Positions 1 through 9,201 of a DNA stretch of 64,000 bases are shown piece after piece. Source of the DNA: Candidatus Krumholzibacteriales bacterium (GTDB lineage Bacteria > Krumholzibacteriota > Krumholzibacteriia > Krumholzibacteriales > WJIX01); contig JAWODM010000072.1 of assembly GCA_046483305.1 (NCBI GenBank), positions 1 to 64,000 on the forward strand, written 5' to 3'. The notes under the pieces are model-generated. The model saw only the letters and a program-made list of their open reading frames with translations, searched no databases and had not been told where the DNA came from. The position numbers and the translations under genes were made by a program. Numbering within the stretch: position 1 is the stretch's first letter; each line of letters begins with the position of its first letter.

Positions 1-1067
1 AGGGCCGGCTCATTCATATCATTCCAGACCCCGTCTACGCCGGTCTCCATGAATTTCTGGTAAAGGGACGCCCACCACAGACGGGCGGCGGGCATGGTGA
101 AATCCGGGAAGACGCAGTCACCGGGCCATACCCTTCCGATGAAATCCCGGCCATCCGCGGCCCTGGTCCATATATCCAGCTCGCTGCCTGAATTATAAAC
201 AAAATAGCCCGGTTCAGCCTTAACCCCGGGATCGATCATCCAGACCGTCCTGAATCCTCTCTCATGCAGGTATCTGTTGGTGCCGGCAGGGTCGGGAAAC
301 CTGTCGCGGTCGAAGGTAAACACCCGGTAGCCGTTCATATAGTGAATATCGTGCCAGATCACGTCGCAGGGGATACGCCTCTCCCTGAACTGGTCCGCAA
401 TCTCTCTTACTCGCAAATCAGGGTAGTAGGAATAGCGGCACTGCTGATACCCCAGAGCCCATAGCGGCGGCAGCTCCATCCTGCCGGTCAGTTTGCCGAG
501 GGCTTTCATCACTTCCTGGGGCGATTCCCTGTCTATAATTATAACCCTGAACGGCGGCCCGGATGATGAAAATCTTATTCCGTTGTTGAGGTCGATAGTC
601 ATTCTCCAGGTACTGTCGCAGAGAATGCCGTAAGAGGACCCGTCGATCCGCACCGCCAACACCCACGGATGGGACTGGTAGAGCTGGTTGCCCCCGTAAC
701 GGGAATAGGCCCAGTTATCAGTATTCCACAGGGTCCGGATAGTTCCGTTTCTGACCAGAGGGCCGGTTACCTCTCCGGTACCGTAGAGGCTGGTGCCCCG
801 CTTGACGGGAAACGACGCGGTGAACCGGCCCCTGATAATCCGGAATTCGGGGGATACCCTCCAGCTTCCCGGAACAGCGCTGATTTCATCCGGTTCTTCC
901 ACCAGGGCGAAGGAAGGCATTACCGCTTCCGGCTGAAATCCGGTGGGGTAGAACACCGCGATATCATCCCCTATCATGGCCGAACCTGCCGTGTCCGCGA
1001 ACACACAGGGGCTGAAATTCAATAACAATATGGACAGAAAGGATAAAAGGGCGGTTATTCTTTTCAT
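1..1067 (-). CDS. Glycoside hydrolase family 31 (alpha-glucosidase-like), secreted; 3' end runs off the window
   Basis: Not in the ORF track; translated by hand from the ATG at 1067. Begins with a signal-peptide-like MKRITALLSFLSILLL, contains LYQSHPW, PPLWALGYQQCRYSY, IDPGVK and VWPG, and has the GH31 nucleophile motif WNDMNEP at the window edge. Confidence 0.92.
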   Translation of the reverse strand, partial: MKRITALLSFLSILLLNFSPCVFADTAGSAMIGDDIAVFYPTGFQPEAVMPSFALVEEPDEISAVPGSWRVSPEFRIIRGRFTASFPVKRGTSLYGTGEVTGPLVRNGTIRTLWNTDNWAYSRYGGNQLYQSHPWVLAVRIDGSSYGILCDSTWRMTIDLNNGIRFSSSGPPFRVIIIDRESPQEVMKALGKLTGRMELPPLWALGYQQCRYSYYPDLRVREIADQFRERRIPCDVIWHDIHYMNGYRVFTFDRDRFPDPAGTNRYLHERGFRTVWMIDPGVKAEPGYFVYNSGSELDIWTRAADGRDFIGRVWPGDCVFPDFTMPAARLWWASLYQKFMETGVDGVWNDMNEPA

Positions 1068-1116
1068 CCATGAACTCCCGAATTGAAGAAATGCACGGCT
1101 CCCCGGAACTTGAGGT

Positions 1117-1144
1117 ATTATATAACGGGTCAGGGGAGTCTCAA
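1117..1144 (-). promoter_or_regulatory. Candidate sigma70 promoter for the GH31 gene
   Basis: Minus strand TTGAGA-16 nt-TATAAT, about 50 nt upstream of the ATG. Confidence 0.45.
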
Positions 1145-1266
1145 AGAATATGATTACGGATTCTCTGAACCCACTCTTCCCGCGCAATTATCAATCCCGC
1201 CGGAGCCATGGCCGGAGCGGACATAATTGTATCGGATTTTACTGCTCCCCGGCAACCTGAGGGATG

Positions 1267-1989
1267 CTATTCCCCGGGCTTATCCCTTTCGGCCCGGGCA
1301 GCGGACCTCCAGTCTATCTCTGTCGAGTCACGGCTCTCGGCTACCGCTTTTTCCTCTACCTCCAGCAGGTTGGTGGTTATTCTGTTTTCTTCAAGAAGCT
1401 TTGCCATGAATACTGTGTTTTCCACCATGGTTCTCTTGGTCCGGTTGGTGTAGAGGTGTTTGCTGCCCTCCGCGGCTATGTAGCTCGGCCCCGGTCCGGC
1501 CGGGCCCACCCAGTAGCAGTCCGCGCCGGGCGGTATGGTGCAGCCGAAACGCATCAGGCAGAACTGTATGGTCTTGGCGCAGAAGTGGGCGCCGTCCTCG
1601 GTGCCGGTTATTACGGCTGCTCCCACCTTGTTGTACAGAGGATACTGCCCTGTCTCAGGATCTCCTTCCGAGTAGGTTCCCTCCAGCCGTTCGAAAACCC
1701 TCTGGGCCAGCGAGGATATATTCCCGATCCAGATAGGCGTTGCCACGATTATAATATCCGAATCCTTAATCTTTTCGAGTATAAGGGGCCACTCATCGCC
1801 TTCGCCCATATCCGACTTTATCCCCGGCAGGACATTAAAATCGACAACCCTGACAAAATCACACTGCAGGCCGTGTTCCTTCTGGTAAACTTCCGCAACA
1901 TCGTCGCACAGCGCCCGGGTGTTCGATTCCCTCGGGCTCTTCTTGGGAGTACAGTTTATAAAGAGTACTTTGTAAGCGATATTGACCAC
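1267..1989 (-). CDS. Flavodoxin-like / NADPH-dependent FMN reductase family protein
   Basis: Flavodoxin-fold signatures: KVLFINCT...SNT, DEWPLILEKIKDSDIIIVATPIWIG, NKVGAAVITG. Start codon uncertain (see findings). Confidence 0.85.
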   Translation of the reverse strand: MVNIAYKVLFINCTPKKSPRESNTRALCDDVAEVYQKEHGLQCDFVRVVDFNVLPGIKSDMGEGDEWPLILEKIKDSDIIIVATPIWIGNISSLAQRVFERLEGTYSEGDPETGQYPLYNKVGAAVITGTEDGAHFCAKTIQFCLMRFGCTIPPGADCYWVGPAGPGPSYIAAEGSKHLYTNRTKRTMVENTVFMAKLLEENRITTNLLEVEEKAVAESRDSTEIDWRSAARAERDKPGE

Positions 1990-2019
1990 CTCCTTTAATT
2001 GATTAATTCCTGTCTGCCA

Positions 2020-2085
2020 GTAAATATTACATCACAGTATTCCGGCCGGCGCAATAAAAATAAATATTGCCTTATAAATATTGCC
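2020..2085. promoter_or_regulatory. Operator-like repeats upstream of the flavodoxin-like gene
   Basis: Direct repeat ATAAATATTGCC at 2060-2071 and 2074-2085; inverted repeat GCAATA-N8-TATTGC at 2051-2070; a third TAAATATT core at 2021-2028. Confidence 0.45.
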
Positions 2086-2286
2086 CCACGCGATAACATG
2101 CGTTTCCCCTGAAGTTGGGAGGCATTCTACTAAAACTTTCGAAATATCAACCGGTTATTAAAATCGATAAATCAGGCGTCCTGCCGGAGGTAGAAACCGG
2201 GGAAGCTCCATCCACGCAACAACCTTTGATCAACACCCCGAATCTCTTGAGAACTGAATAAACTGCGGCCCGGTTCCCGGCCGGGA

Positions 2287-2460
2287 TTAATACCAGGTTC
2301 CGTTGAATGTTAACATGAACCCTGCTGCCTTGGTGTGCGCATCGATCCCCATCTCAGAGTCGCCCGGTTTGCCATGGATAATATTACATTCCGCGGACCG
2401 GTATCTGGCCAGTTGGTAGCCGCCCGCGCCCCATGCCAAAGGCCAGAAGTGCAGACCGGC
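2287..2460 (-). pseudogene. Possible remnant of an outer-membrane beta-barrel gene (C-terminal part)
   Basis: Open frame reading WGAGGYQLARY...GFMLTFNGTWY-stop, with alternating hydrophobic residues and a terminal aromatic; no convincing start codon or signal peptide. Confidence 0.25.
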
Positions 2461-2464
2461 TCTC

Positions 2465-3394
2465 TCAACGGCCTTCATCCGCTTCCCATCCGGAATCGAT
2501 ATATTCCCAGTCGAACTCCCGCCCGTCAACCCTGATCAGGGCAAACCCTTCCTCCACACCCCGGCGGGGCCCCCTCCACCACCTTCCCGACACCGCTCCC
2601 GCCGTTATGTAAGTGGTACCTTCAACTTCTATCTCTTCGATGAGATGAAGGTGCCCCTGAAGAACAAGCCTGAGGTCATACCCCCTGAACAGTTCCAGAA
2701 CCTCTCTTGAATTGGCGACTACCTCGGAGGAGCTGATACCCTCTCCGGGCCCTTCCCTGAGCTGGGGGATTACCGATACCAGAGGAATATGGGTACTTAC
2801 CGCAACAGGGGTTTCGCTGTCCAGCATTGAAAGATCTTGTCCGATCCATTCAAGCTGTTCTTCACCTGCCCTTCCCGTATACCCCCCTTCAGTACCCCTC
2901 TCAACAGAATCCAGTATGATAAAATGCCATCCCTTATGATCGAAAGAATAAAAGGTTTTACCCAATCGCTGTTCATACATTCCCTTGCCGAAGAGGGAAT
3001 CGGATGGAGAAATCCCCCTCCCGCCGCACCAGCCCAGGATATCATGATTACCTATAGTATTATAAACCGGCATCTTGAAATACCCGGAGAGCCGTTCATA
3101 CATCCGGTAAAGGCTGTCCGCCCTGCCGTAATCTGCCTTCAGAGCGTCCATTATCAGGTCCCCTCCGGTTATTACAAAATCCGGCTCAAGTTCGTTTACC
3201 AGATCTATAACCCTCCGGAAACCCTCCCCTGCCTCAAGCTCAGGCTGAAGATGTATGTCGGCGAGAAAGGCAAAGGTGAATTTCCCGTCCGGCCCGCTCC
3301 CCGCCTCAACCTCTGAAATCCCGTGATAATTCCGGATAGAGGCCGAGCCGGCAAGCATCAGCAGCGCCGCAGAAATCGATAATAATCGCTTCAT
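2465..3394 (-). CDS. Calcineurin-like metallophosphoesterase (Icc/CpdA-like), secreted
   Basis: Metal-binding motifs DIH, GGD, GNHD, HIP, GHLH; N-terminal signal peptide; GGAGG Shine-Dalgarno (SD). Confidence 0.9.
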   Translation of the reverse strand: MKRLLSISAALLMLAGSASIRNYHGISEVEAGSGPDGKFTFAFLADIHLQPELEAGEGFRRVIDLVNELEPDFVITGGDLIMDALKADYGRADSLYRMYERLSGYFKMPVYNTIGNHDILGWCGGRGISPSDSLFGKGMYEQRLGKTFYSFDHKGWHFIILDSVERGTEGGYTGRAGEEQLEWIGQDLSMLDSETPVAVSTHIPLVSVIPQLREGPGEGISSSEVVANSREVLELFRGYDLRLVLQGHLHLIEEIEVEGTTYITAGAVSGRWWRGPRRGVEEGFALIRVDGREFDWEYIDSGWEADEGR

Positions 3395-3456
3395 TCAAAA
3401 CCTCCCGGCAGGGTTCAGTCCGCCGGCTGAATCGATACCGGTCCGACATCCACCGG

Positions 3457-4281
3457 TCAGAAGTAATTGAAATATATGAATGCGGCTCCCCCGGCCGGCA
3501 TCAGGTAATAGGCGAACCTGTGAAAAGTGCCCCTTCTGAGAATTCCAAGCAGTAGCCTGAGGGCCAGCCATCCGGAGAGGAACGAGACCAGAGCGCCTAT
3601 AACCAGGGTGGCTGCTGTCCGCGAAGATATCTCCCCCGGGAATGCTCCCAGTTCAAGAAGGAACCCGAAGGTAATAGGAGGTATGGAAAGCAGGAATGAA
3701 TACTCAGCCGCTTTTCTGAACCCAACACCCAGCAGAAGGGCGGTGGTTATGGTCCAGCCGCTTCTGGAACATCCCGGCATAATCGCTATGGCCTGAGCCG
3801 CGCCTATCAGCAGGGCGGACTTCCAGGTTAGGGGAAGGTTAGTGCCCCGGTCTTTTCCCAGCAGCAGAAATACTCCGGTAACCATCAGCAGAACGGAAGA
3901 GGTAGAAGGGGAATCGAACAGGCTGGAGATTCTGTCCCGGAAAAACAGCCCCACCACCGCCGTGGGCAGGCTCCCCACCGCCAGAAACAGAAAAAATTGG
4001 AGGTCTTCCCTGAGGTCATCCCTTATCCTGAATCCCCCGCAGGACCAGACTTTAAGGGTATCAATAATACTGAATATTCTTTCCCGGTAGAATATTATAA
4101 CAGCCCCCAGAGTCCCGATATGGACGGCGAGTTCGAAAAGGATGCTGCCGCTGCGGGAGAGCTCTCCGGTCAGCCTGAAAAAACTCTCCGCCAGCACCAG
4201 ATGCCCCGAGGAGCTGACCGGGAAGAATTCGGTCAGCCCCTGAATAACAGCCAGAATTATAACGCTTATCAGCCAATTCAT
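3457..4281 (-). CDS. uppP: Undecaprenyl-diphosphate phosphatase (BacA family)
   Basis: QGLTEFFPVSSSGH, PGCSRSG and AAEYSFLLSIP motifs; multi-pass membrane protein. Confidence 0.95.
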   Translation of the reverse strand: MNWLISVIILAVIQGLTEFFPVSSSGHLVLAESFFRLTGELSRSGSILFELAVHIGTLGAVIIFYRERIFSIIDTLKVWSCGGFRIRDDLREDLQFFLFLAVGSLPTAVVGLFFRDRISSLFDSPSTSSVLLMVTGVFLLLGKDRGTNLPLTWKSALLIGAAQAIAIMPGCSRSGWTITTALLLGVGFRKAAEYSFLLSIPPITFGFLLELGAFPGEISSRTAATLVIGALVSFLSGWLALRLLLGILRRGTFHRFAYYLMPAGGAAFIYFNYF

Positions 4282-4300
4282 AGCAAAACCGCCGGAATAG

Positions 4301-5122
4301 CTAAACCTTTACGGCATAGTAAAATCCGATTATACCAAAAAATATCCCGGCCTTCAAAATTATACTTATCAGGCCGGCCCCTCTGTTTCTGAAAGCGAGA
4401 ACTGATGAAACAAGAAGTATCGGAACTACCGAAAAGATGATTATCACAAAATAAGCTCCGCTGTAAATACCCGCAATGTAAGGGACCGGGAAAGCAACCG
4501 CCAGCAGAAAAAAAATGATGGACGCGGTCCTCATTGCCCTCTTCTCCCCGGCAACTATAGCCATGGTTTCCGCGCCGAATATATAGTCCCCGTCCATATC
4601 CTCGCAGTCCTTCACTATTTCTCTGGCGTAAATGAAGAAAAAGGTAAACACCGACGGAATAATTCCCGCCCTTATATCACCCGACGAATAAGCGCCCAGC
4701 AGGAATCCGCTGGCGGTCAGGATCGATACGGCGAGGTTGCCCAATATCAATTTCCTCTTTAACGTCATGGAATAGAGATGTAGAAGAAGCACCCAGCATA
4801 TAAGCCAGATTACCTGAAAAGCTGAAAGCAGGAAAAAGGTTGCTGCCAGTACCGCCAGAAGGAGAAAATAAAGGGAAAGGGCTGTGCGCGGTGTTATCAA
4901 CCCGGAGGGCAGAGCCCTGCGGGGCTTGTTGATACGGTCTATCTGAAAATCATAGTAATCGTTTATTACGTTCCCGGCCGCCGCCGCCGCGGAGACTGCC
5001 AGAAGCAGAATCCATGGAAAACCGGACCGGCCGTTCATGGAATACCCCACCGCCACGGCAAGAAACGCCGCCAGAACATTATGCGGCCTTAAAATTGAAA
5101 TGACACCCAGTATCTTCTTCAT
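4301..5122 (-). CDS. UbiA-superfamily prenyltransferase, DGGGP-synthase-like
   Basis: LRPHN, NDYYDFQIDRINKP.R.LPSG, GNL and REIVKDCEDMDGD motifs; many hydrophobic helices. Confidence 0.85.
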   Translation of the reverse strand: MKKILGVISILRPHNVLAAFLAVAVGYSMNGRSGFPWILLLAVSAAAAAGNVINDYYDFQIDRINKPRRALPSGLITPRTALSLYFLLLAVLAATFFLLSAFQVIWLICWVLLLHLYSMTLKRKLILGNLAVSILTASGFLLGAYSSGDIRAGIIPSVFTFFFIYAREIVKDCEDMDGDYIFGAETMAIVAGEKRAMRTASIIFFLLAVAFPVPYIAGIYSGAYFVIIIFSVVPILLVSSVLAFRNRGAGLISIILKAGIFFGIIGFYYAVKV

Positions 5123-6753
5123 TACATATCCAGTACAAATCCGATATGAGCAAACCGGTCCGTTTCACAGGCCCCGTCATCGATCCGCCTGACTCCCCCT
5201 CCGGCTGAAATGAAGGAGCCCCCGCCCAGGTCGTACAGTGCTGAAAGCGATATTTTCTTCTCCAGGGTAACCGAACCGCTGGGAAAGGGCGGATCTGGAT
5301 CATATCCTTCTCTCCATGGCCGTAAATCGCTTCCTTCTCCCCTCCTGAGATACTCGCCCTTCAGGGTTACCGTTACCCTGGGATGCAAACCGGCCGCCGC
5401 TTTGAACCGCCATCTCTCCGCATCCGGCCCCAGAGACGAACCGATTATGCCGCTGCCCGTCACATCGCCGCTTCCCGCCACATACCTGGTGGTAAGACTA
5501 TCCTTGTGGGAATAGGTATAGATATCGATAAAAGTGTAATCCGCCATCAGCTCCAGGTGCCAGCCGCCTCCGGCTATAAGTTTTTCCCCGGCGATTTTGA
5601 ATCCGATCTTGTCCGGCGCCTCTCCCCTTCCCTCATACTGGAAATCGTCTATCAGAAGCTCCGCATGGATGATTCCGCCCCTGCCGGCCGGAATCCTGCA
5701 GTCCAGCCCCCACAGAATATTGTCATCGCTTCTTTCATTGTACTGATTGGCGTAATATGACCCGGCGGGCAGAAGATAAGTGTAATCAAATCCTCTTCCG
5801 GTGTAGAGAACAGCCTCGCTGATACCGAGGTATATACTCCCGGGCAGCTTTATTCTGAGACGGTGGCCGGCCAGCCTCCTTTCCGGAGATGGGTGCAGCA
5901 CTGAATGAATAGTGGATAATTCGAATCTTCCCAGTTCATAATATACCCCCACGTGATCGAGAGATCCGGCCCCCATGGATAGAATCAACCCGTCATCCCT
6001 GCCGCTTCCCCAGTGAATATATTCTCTGCCCGCAATGATTCTCCACCGGCCGGTGGAAAAAGCCAGATAACCTCTCTCGAACTCCGAGGTCAGCCCCCGG
6101 AAAGACCTCTGGCGCTCCGAAGGCTTCATTCCCCCTGAATTCTCCCCTCTCTCCGGTTCCATTCTGAGAATATAGGAAGTTTCATAGGTCAGCGATCCCC
6201 CGGCATACATTATGAATCCCGGATTAAACAGTCCGTCAAGCTCACCCTTTTCGCTATCCGCTCTCTTCCGGAAAAACGGACCGGCGCTCAGGTCAAGCCC
6301 CATGAATCTGCGCCCCGCTCTGTACAGAAGGGCTGGAGAATCTTCGCGGTCCTCGGGGCTGAACCGCTTTCCCTGAAACTCCTCCCGGAGCCGGTTGAGC
6401 AGGAATCTATGGCGGGGGCTGGGCTGTAAATCCTTCTCCTGCAGGCTCCGAAGAATCCTGTTCAGGTAGTACTCGGCCTCGCCGCGGGAATAAGGGATAT
6501 CCGGTTCAAGCGTTACCGCTCCCAGCAGCTCGAAACTTCTCAGCGCGGGGTATATCCAGCTCCCGGGAGGGATATTCTCATCGGAACCGTTCAGCATGGC
6601 TGGGGAAGTTAGAGACAGATAGAGAATAACAACCAGGAATGATCTGAGTTTACAGCGGAAGTCCCCTCTTTTCTTTTTCAGGCCCCGGCGATTTGCCGCC
6701 AGCCGCTTTTCTGTAGAATTCTCTCGCTTTTTCCACATCACCCTGTTTTTCAT
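5122..6753 (-). CDS. Capsule assembly Wzi-family outer-membrane protein (start uncertain)
   Basis: GREYIHWGSG...LILS, GHRL, GISEAVLY, DNILWG and ELLIDD resemble Wzi-type barrels. A hydrophobic signal-like stretch lies near 6600-6640, and the longest frame overlaps the upstream gene by about 100 nt. Confidence 0.65.
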   Translation of the reverse strand: MKNRVMWKKRENSTEKRLAANRRGLKKKRGDFRCKLRSFLVVILYLSLTSPAMLNGSDENIPPGSWIYPALRSFELLGAVTLEPDIPYSRGEAEYYLNRILRSLQEKDLQPSPRHRFLLNRLREEFQGKRFSPEDREDSPALLYRAGRRFMGLDLSAGPFFRKRADSEKGELDGLFNPGFIMYAGGSLTYETSYILRMEPERGENSGGMKPSERQRSFRGLTSEFERGYLAFSTGRWRIIAGREYIHWGSGRDDGLILSMGAGSLDHVGVYYELGRFELSTIHSVLHPSPERRLAGHRLRIKLPGSIYLGISEAVLYTGRGFDYTYLLPAGSYYANQYNERSDDNILWGLDCRIPAGRGGIIHAELLIDDFQYEGRGEAPDKIGFKIAGEKLIAGGGWHLELMADYTFIDIYTYSHKDSLTTRYVAGSGDVTGSGIIGSSLGPDAERWRFKAAAGLHPRVTVTLKGEYLRRGEGSDLRPWREGYDPDPPFPSGSVTLEKKISLSALYDLGGGSFISAGGGVRRIDDGACETDRFAHIGFVLDM

Positions 6754-7828
6754 AAGTTACACCCAGATTAAAGAATGCCTTCTGATTATCAGGTTCTATT
6801 TCAACCACTTCGCTGTAATATTCCATAGCCATCTCGGGCTGCTCAAGCTTGTTGTAACATTCCCCCACGTAAAAGAGAATCCTGGAATTGCCCGGGTTGA
6901 GCCGGGCCGCCTTCCCCAGGAATTTCAAGGCCTTGCGGTACAACCCCTTACGGTAGTTGAGGTAGCCGCAGTAGAAGAGAGCGTTTACATTGTCCTCTTC
7001 CAGTTCCAGCATTGTCCTGAACTCCTCCATTGCCTCTTCGTAACGTCCCTCGTTAATAAGGGCCATCCCGAGATTATAGCGCCCTTCCAGGGAGGAAGGA
7101 GCTATCTCCAGCCCTATCCGGAATTCATTCACCGCCTGCTCCCGGTTGCCCTCCTCTCCGTACAGCGCCCCCAGGTTGAAATGAGCTTCCGCGCTCTTGG
7201 GGTTATACTGGACCGCCTTGAGAAACTGCTGCATGGCAACTTCCTGTTTGCCATTCATATCCAGAATATACCCGAGATTGGTATATGACTTCGAATGAGT
7301 GGGGTCCAGGGTTATGGCCTGACGGTAGTGCTTTTCCGCTTCATCATATTTATGCTTCTTGGTGAAGAGAACTCCCAGCCGGAAATAACACTCCGGATTG
7401 CTCGGTTCAAGTTCCAGCCCTTTCCTGTGGCATCGTTCAGCCTCATCGAACCTGCCTTCAATTTCCAGCATCCTGCCCATACTGAGCCAGGATAAAGCTT
7501 CATCCGGGGTCATCTCGCTCAGGAGCCGGTAGCCGTGGTAGGCTTCATTGTAGTCGCCGATCTCTTCAAGAAGCCCGCATGCCCGTCTGATTATATCTTC
7601 ATCAACGTCATCCCTTGATTTGAGTTCGATCAGAATCTGCCGGGCTTCCGCTCTCATTTTTCCCCTGAGCAGATCCTCCGCCCTTCTCAGCATACCGCGC
7701 GGGTCACTCAATAACCTTCCCCGCTCTTCTTCGGCTCCTGCAGGATGGTGGTGAGCGCCGTTCTCACGCCTTGCTATCTCCATGAATTTATTCCAGCGTA
7801 GTCCCATCGGCATCTCCCTGAGCTGCAA
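6650..7828 (-). CDS. Tetratricopeptide repeat protein
   Basis: Tandem 34-aa TPR units (e.g. YFRLGVLF...EAEKHYRQAITLDP, HFNLGALY...AVNEFRIGLEIAP). Exact start uncertain. Confidence 0.9.
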   Translation of the reverse strand: MQLREMPMGLRWNKFMEIARRENGAHHHPAGAEEERGRLLSDPRGMLRRAEDLLRGKMRAEARQILIELKSRDDVDEDIIRRACGLLEEIGDYNEAYHGYRLLSEMTPDEALSWLSMGRMLEIEGRFDEAERCHRKGLELEPSNPECYFRLGVLFTKKHKYDEAEKHYRQAITLDPTHSKSYTNLGYILDMNGKQEVAMQQFLKAVQYNPKSAEAHFNLGALYGEEGNREQAVNEFRIGLEIAPSSLEGRYNLGMALINEGRYEEAMEEFRTMLELEEDNVNALFYCGYLNYRKGLYRKALKFLGKAARLNPGNSRILFYVGECYNKLEQPEMAMEYYSEVVEIEPDNQKAFFNLGVTYEKQGDVEKAREFYRKAAGGKSPGPEKEKRGLPL

Positions 7829-7855
7829 CAGTGAAACAGTCTGAATTCATTCAAA

Positions 7856-7885
7856 ACCATAGTCCAGCAGGGGGCTTGTTGTCAA
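7856..7885 (-). promoter_or_regulatory. Candidate sigma70 promoter for the TPR-wzi-ubiA-uppP run
   Basis: TTGACA-18 nt-TATGGT on the minus strand. Confidence 0.5.
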
Positions 7886-7983
7886 GTTTTATTCGCTTTA
7901 CGGGCCGGCCCATACCCAACCGGGCGGATAATTACTTACTGGTATGCCCCGGCCTCGTCTCTGAATCGGTTCCGGTCGTATTA

Positions 7984-8478
7984 TCAGAAAGCATAACCTA
8001 CGTGGAGGCCGGGCCAGATGAAGAATCCATCCTCGGTTATCAGAGTATAGGCAGTTCCCCTGAATATGAACCCCCCTTCCGCCCGGAACTCAAAACCGAG
8101 CCCCGCGTAACTGTAGACATCGGATGCCGAGTCATCAAAAGGCCCTGAATCTACTGAAGCGGAGATAATTACAATTCCTCCTGTCAGGAATGGCGAACCG
8201 TTCTTATTGAGCAGATAAGCCCTGGCTCCCAGGGGAAAGAATATGACGGTGGTATTGTCATCCGAGCTGCCTCCTCCCAGAGCGGCTATTCCGGCCTCCA
8301 GGCCGAGCCTGCTCGCAACCATCCTCTGGTAGGTAAACGAGTATGCTATCGATTTGCCTCCCAGCTCGATCCCGAAATCATTTGGAAAATCAGTTCTGTT
8401 GGTATCGGCAGCTTCGGCTGTAGAGAAAACAGCAATCAGAATAAGCGCGAGAAAAAGCGCGGTAAACCTCTCCGTCAT
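7984..8478 (-). CDS. Small outer-membrane beta-barrel protein
   Basis: Signal peptide, Gly/aromatic-rich amphipathic beta strands, C-terminal GLHVGYAF beta-signal; GGAGG SD. Confidence 0.75.
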   Translation of the reverse strand: MTERFTALFLALILIAVFSTAEAADTNRTDFPNDFGIELGGKSIAYSFTYQRMVASRLGLEAGIAALGGGSSDDNTTVIFFPLGARAYLLNKNGSPFLTGGIVIISASVDSGPFDDSASDVYSYAGLGFEFRAEGGFIFRGTAYTLITEDGFFIWPGLHVGYAF

Positions 8479-8523
8479 GATTGTCCTCCAGGTTGGTGAA
8501 ATTGGAATTATATAATTACGGGA

Positions 8524-8552
8524 AGTTTAGATGTTTTGGTTAAACCTGTCAA
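8524..8552 (-). promoter_or_regulatory. Candidate sigma70 promoter for the beta-barrel gene
   Basis: TTGACA-17 nt-TAAACT on the minus strand. Confidence 0.55.
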
Positions 8553-8770
8553 CTTAAAATATTTTAAGGATTTCCTCGATTCATATACCCCGTCAGACAC
8601 TCTGATGATTGGATCGGCCCCCGGCTGATTCTTTTAATAAGAGACCCGGAAGAGGTGTAGAGAGTCAGCCGGATTCCCGGAAAAGTCCCGCGGGATTTCC
8701 CTCGAATTACCCCTTTTCCGCCGAATCTTAATATATGTCCGGCATCATTCGGGAAAGAAAGGAACTGCCG

Positions 8771-9193
8771 TTATCTCCTGTAGAGGTAATAAGGCTGCCG
8801 GTACTGCCTGAACTGAAACCTGAGCATGAAATTGCTGTCTTCAGGTTTATAGGTAAGGTCTATATTGGGCAGGTAAAGCCGGGGTGAATTCCCCTGGCTG
8901 CCCTGGGTGAGCATGGAGCTCACTCCCACATCCACGCTTAAATTCCAGGAGGGGCTGAATTCATAATTGAAATGGCCCATGTAATAGCCCATCCCAAAGC
9001 TCTGATCTCCCATCGAAGAGAATGAAACCCCCATTGAACTGCTGAAATTGAGCCCGGGGATCGAAATAAAATCTCCGTCCGCGCTGCTGTTCAGGTAATC
9101 AGAGAATACGCTCTCCCGCAGCCTGCTCTCCTGGCCGGCAGCCGGACCGCAGGCAATAATTAATATCAGAGCTGAAATCAGGATGGTTCTCAT
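8771..9193 (-). CDS. Hypothetical secreted beta-strand-rich protein
   Basis: Signal peptide MRTILISALILIIACGPAAG; GGAG SD; starts 8 nt after the receiver gene stop. Confidence 0.7.
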   Translation of the reverse strand: MRTILISALILIIACGPAAGQESRLRESVFSDYLNSSADGDFISIPGLNFSSSMGVSFSSMGDQSFGMGYYMGHFNYEFSPSWNLSVDVGVSSMLTQGSQGNSPRLYLPNIDLTYKPEDSNFMLRFQFRQYRQPYYLYRR

Positions 9194-9201
9194 ACTATCT
9201 C

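Noticed and set aside
2150..2286. In-frame TGT-TGA (Cys-Sec-like) at 2235-2230 in the intergenic gap
   Set aside because: No start codon or SD lies between the upstream TAA and this codon, and there is no selenoprotein-like context.
2090..2464. Possible 6S RNA or riboswitch
   Set aside because: I could not find long end-to-end pairing or conserved motifs by eye; a covariance search is needed.
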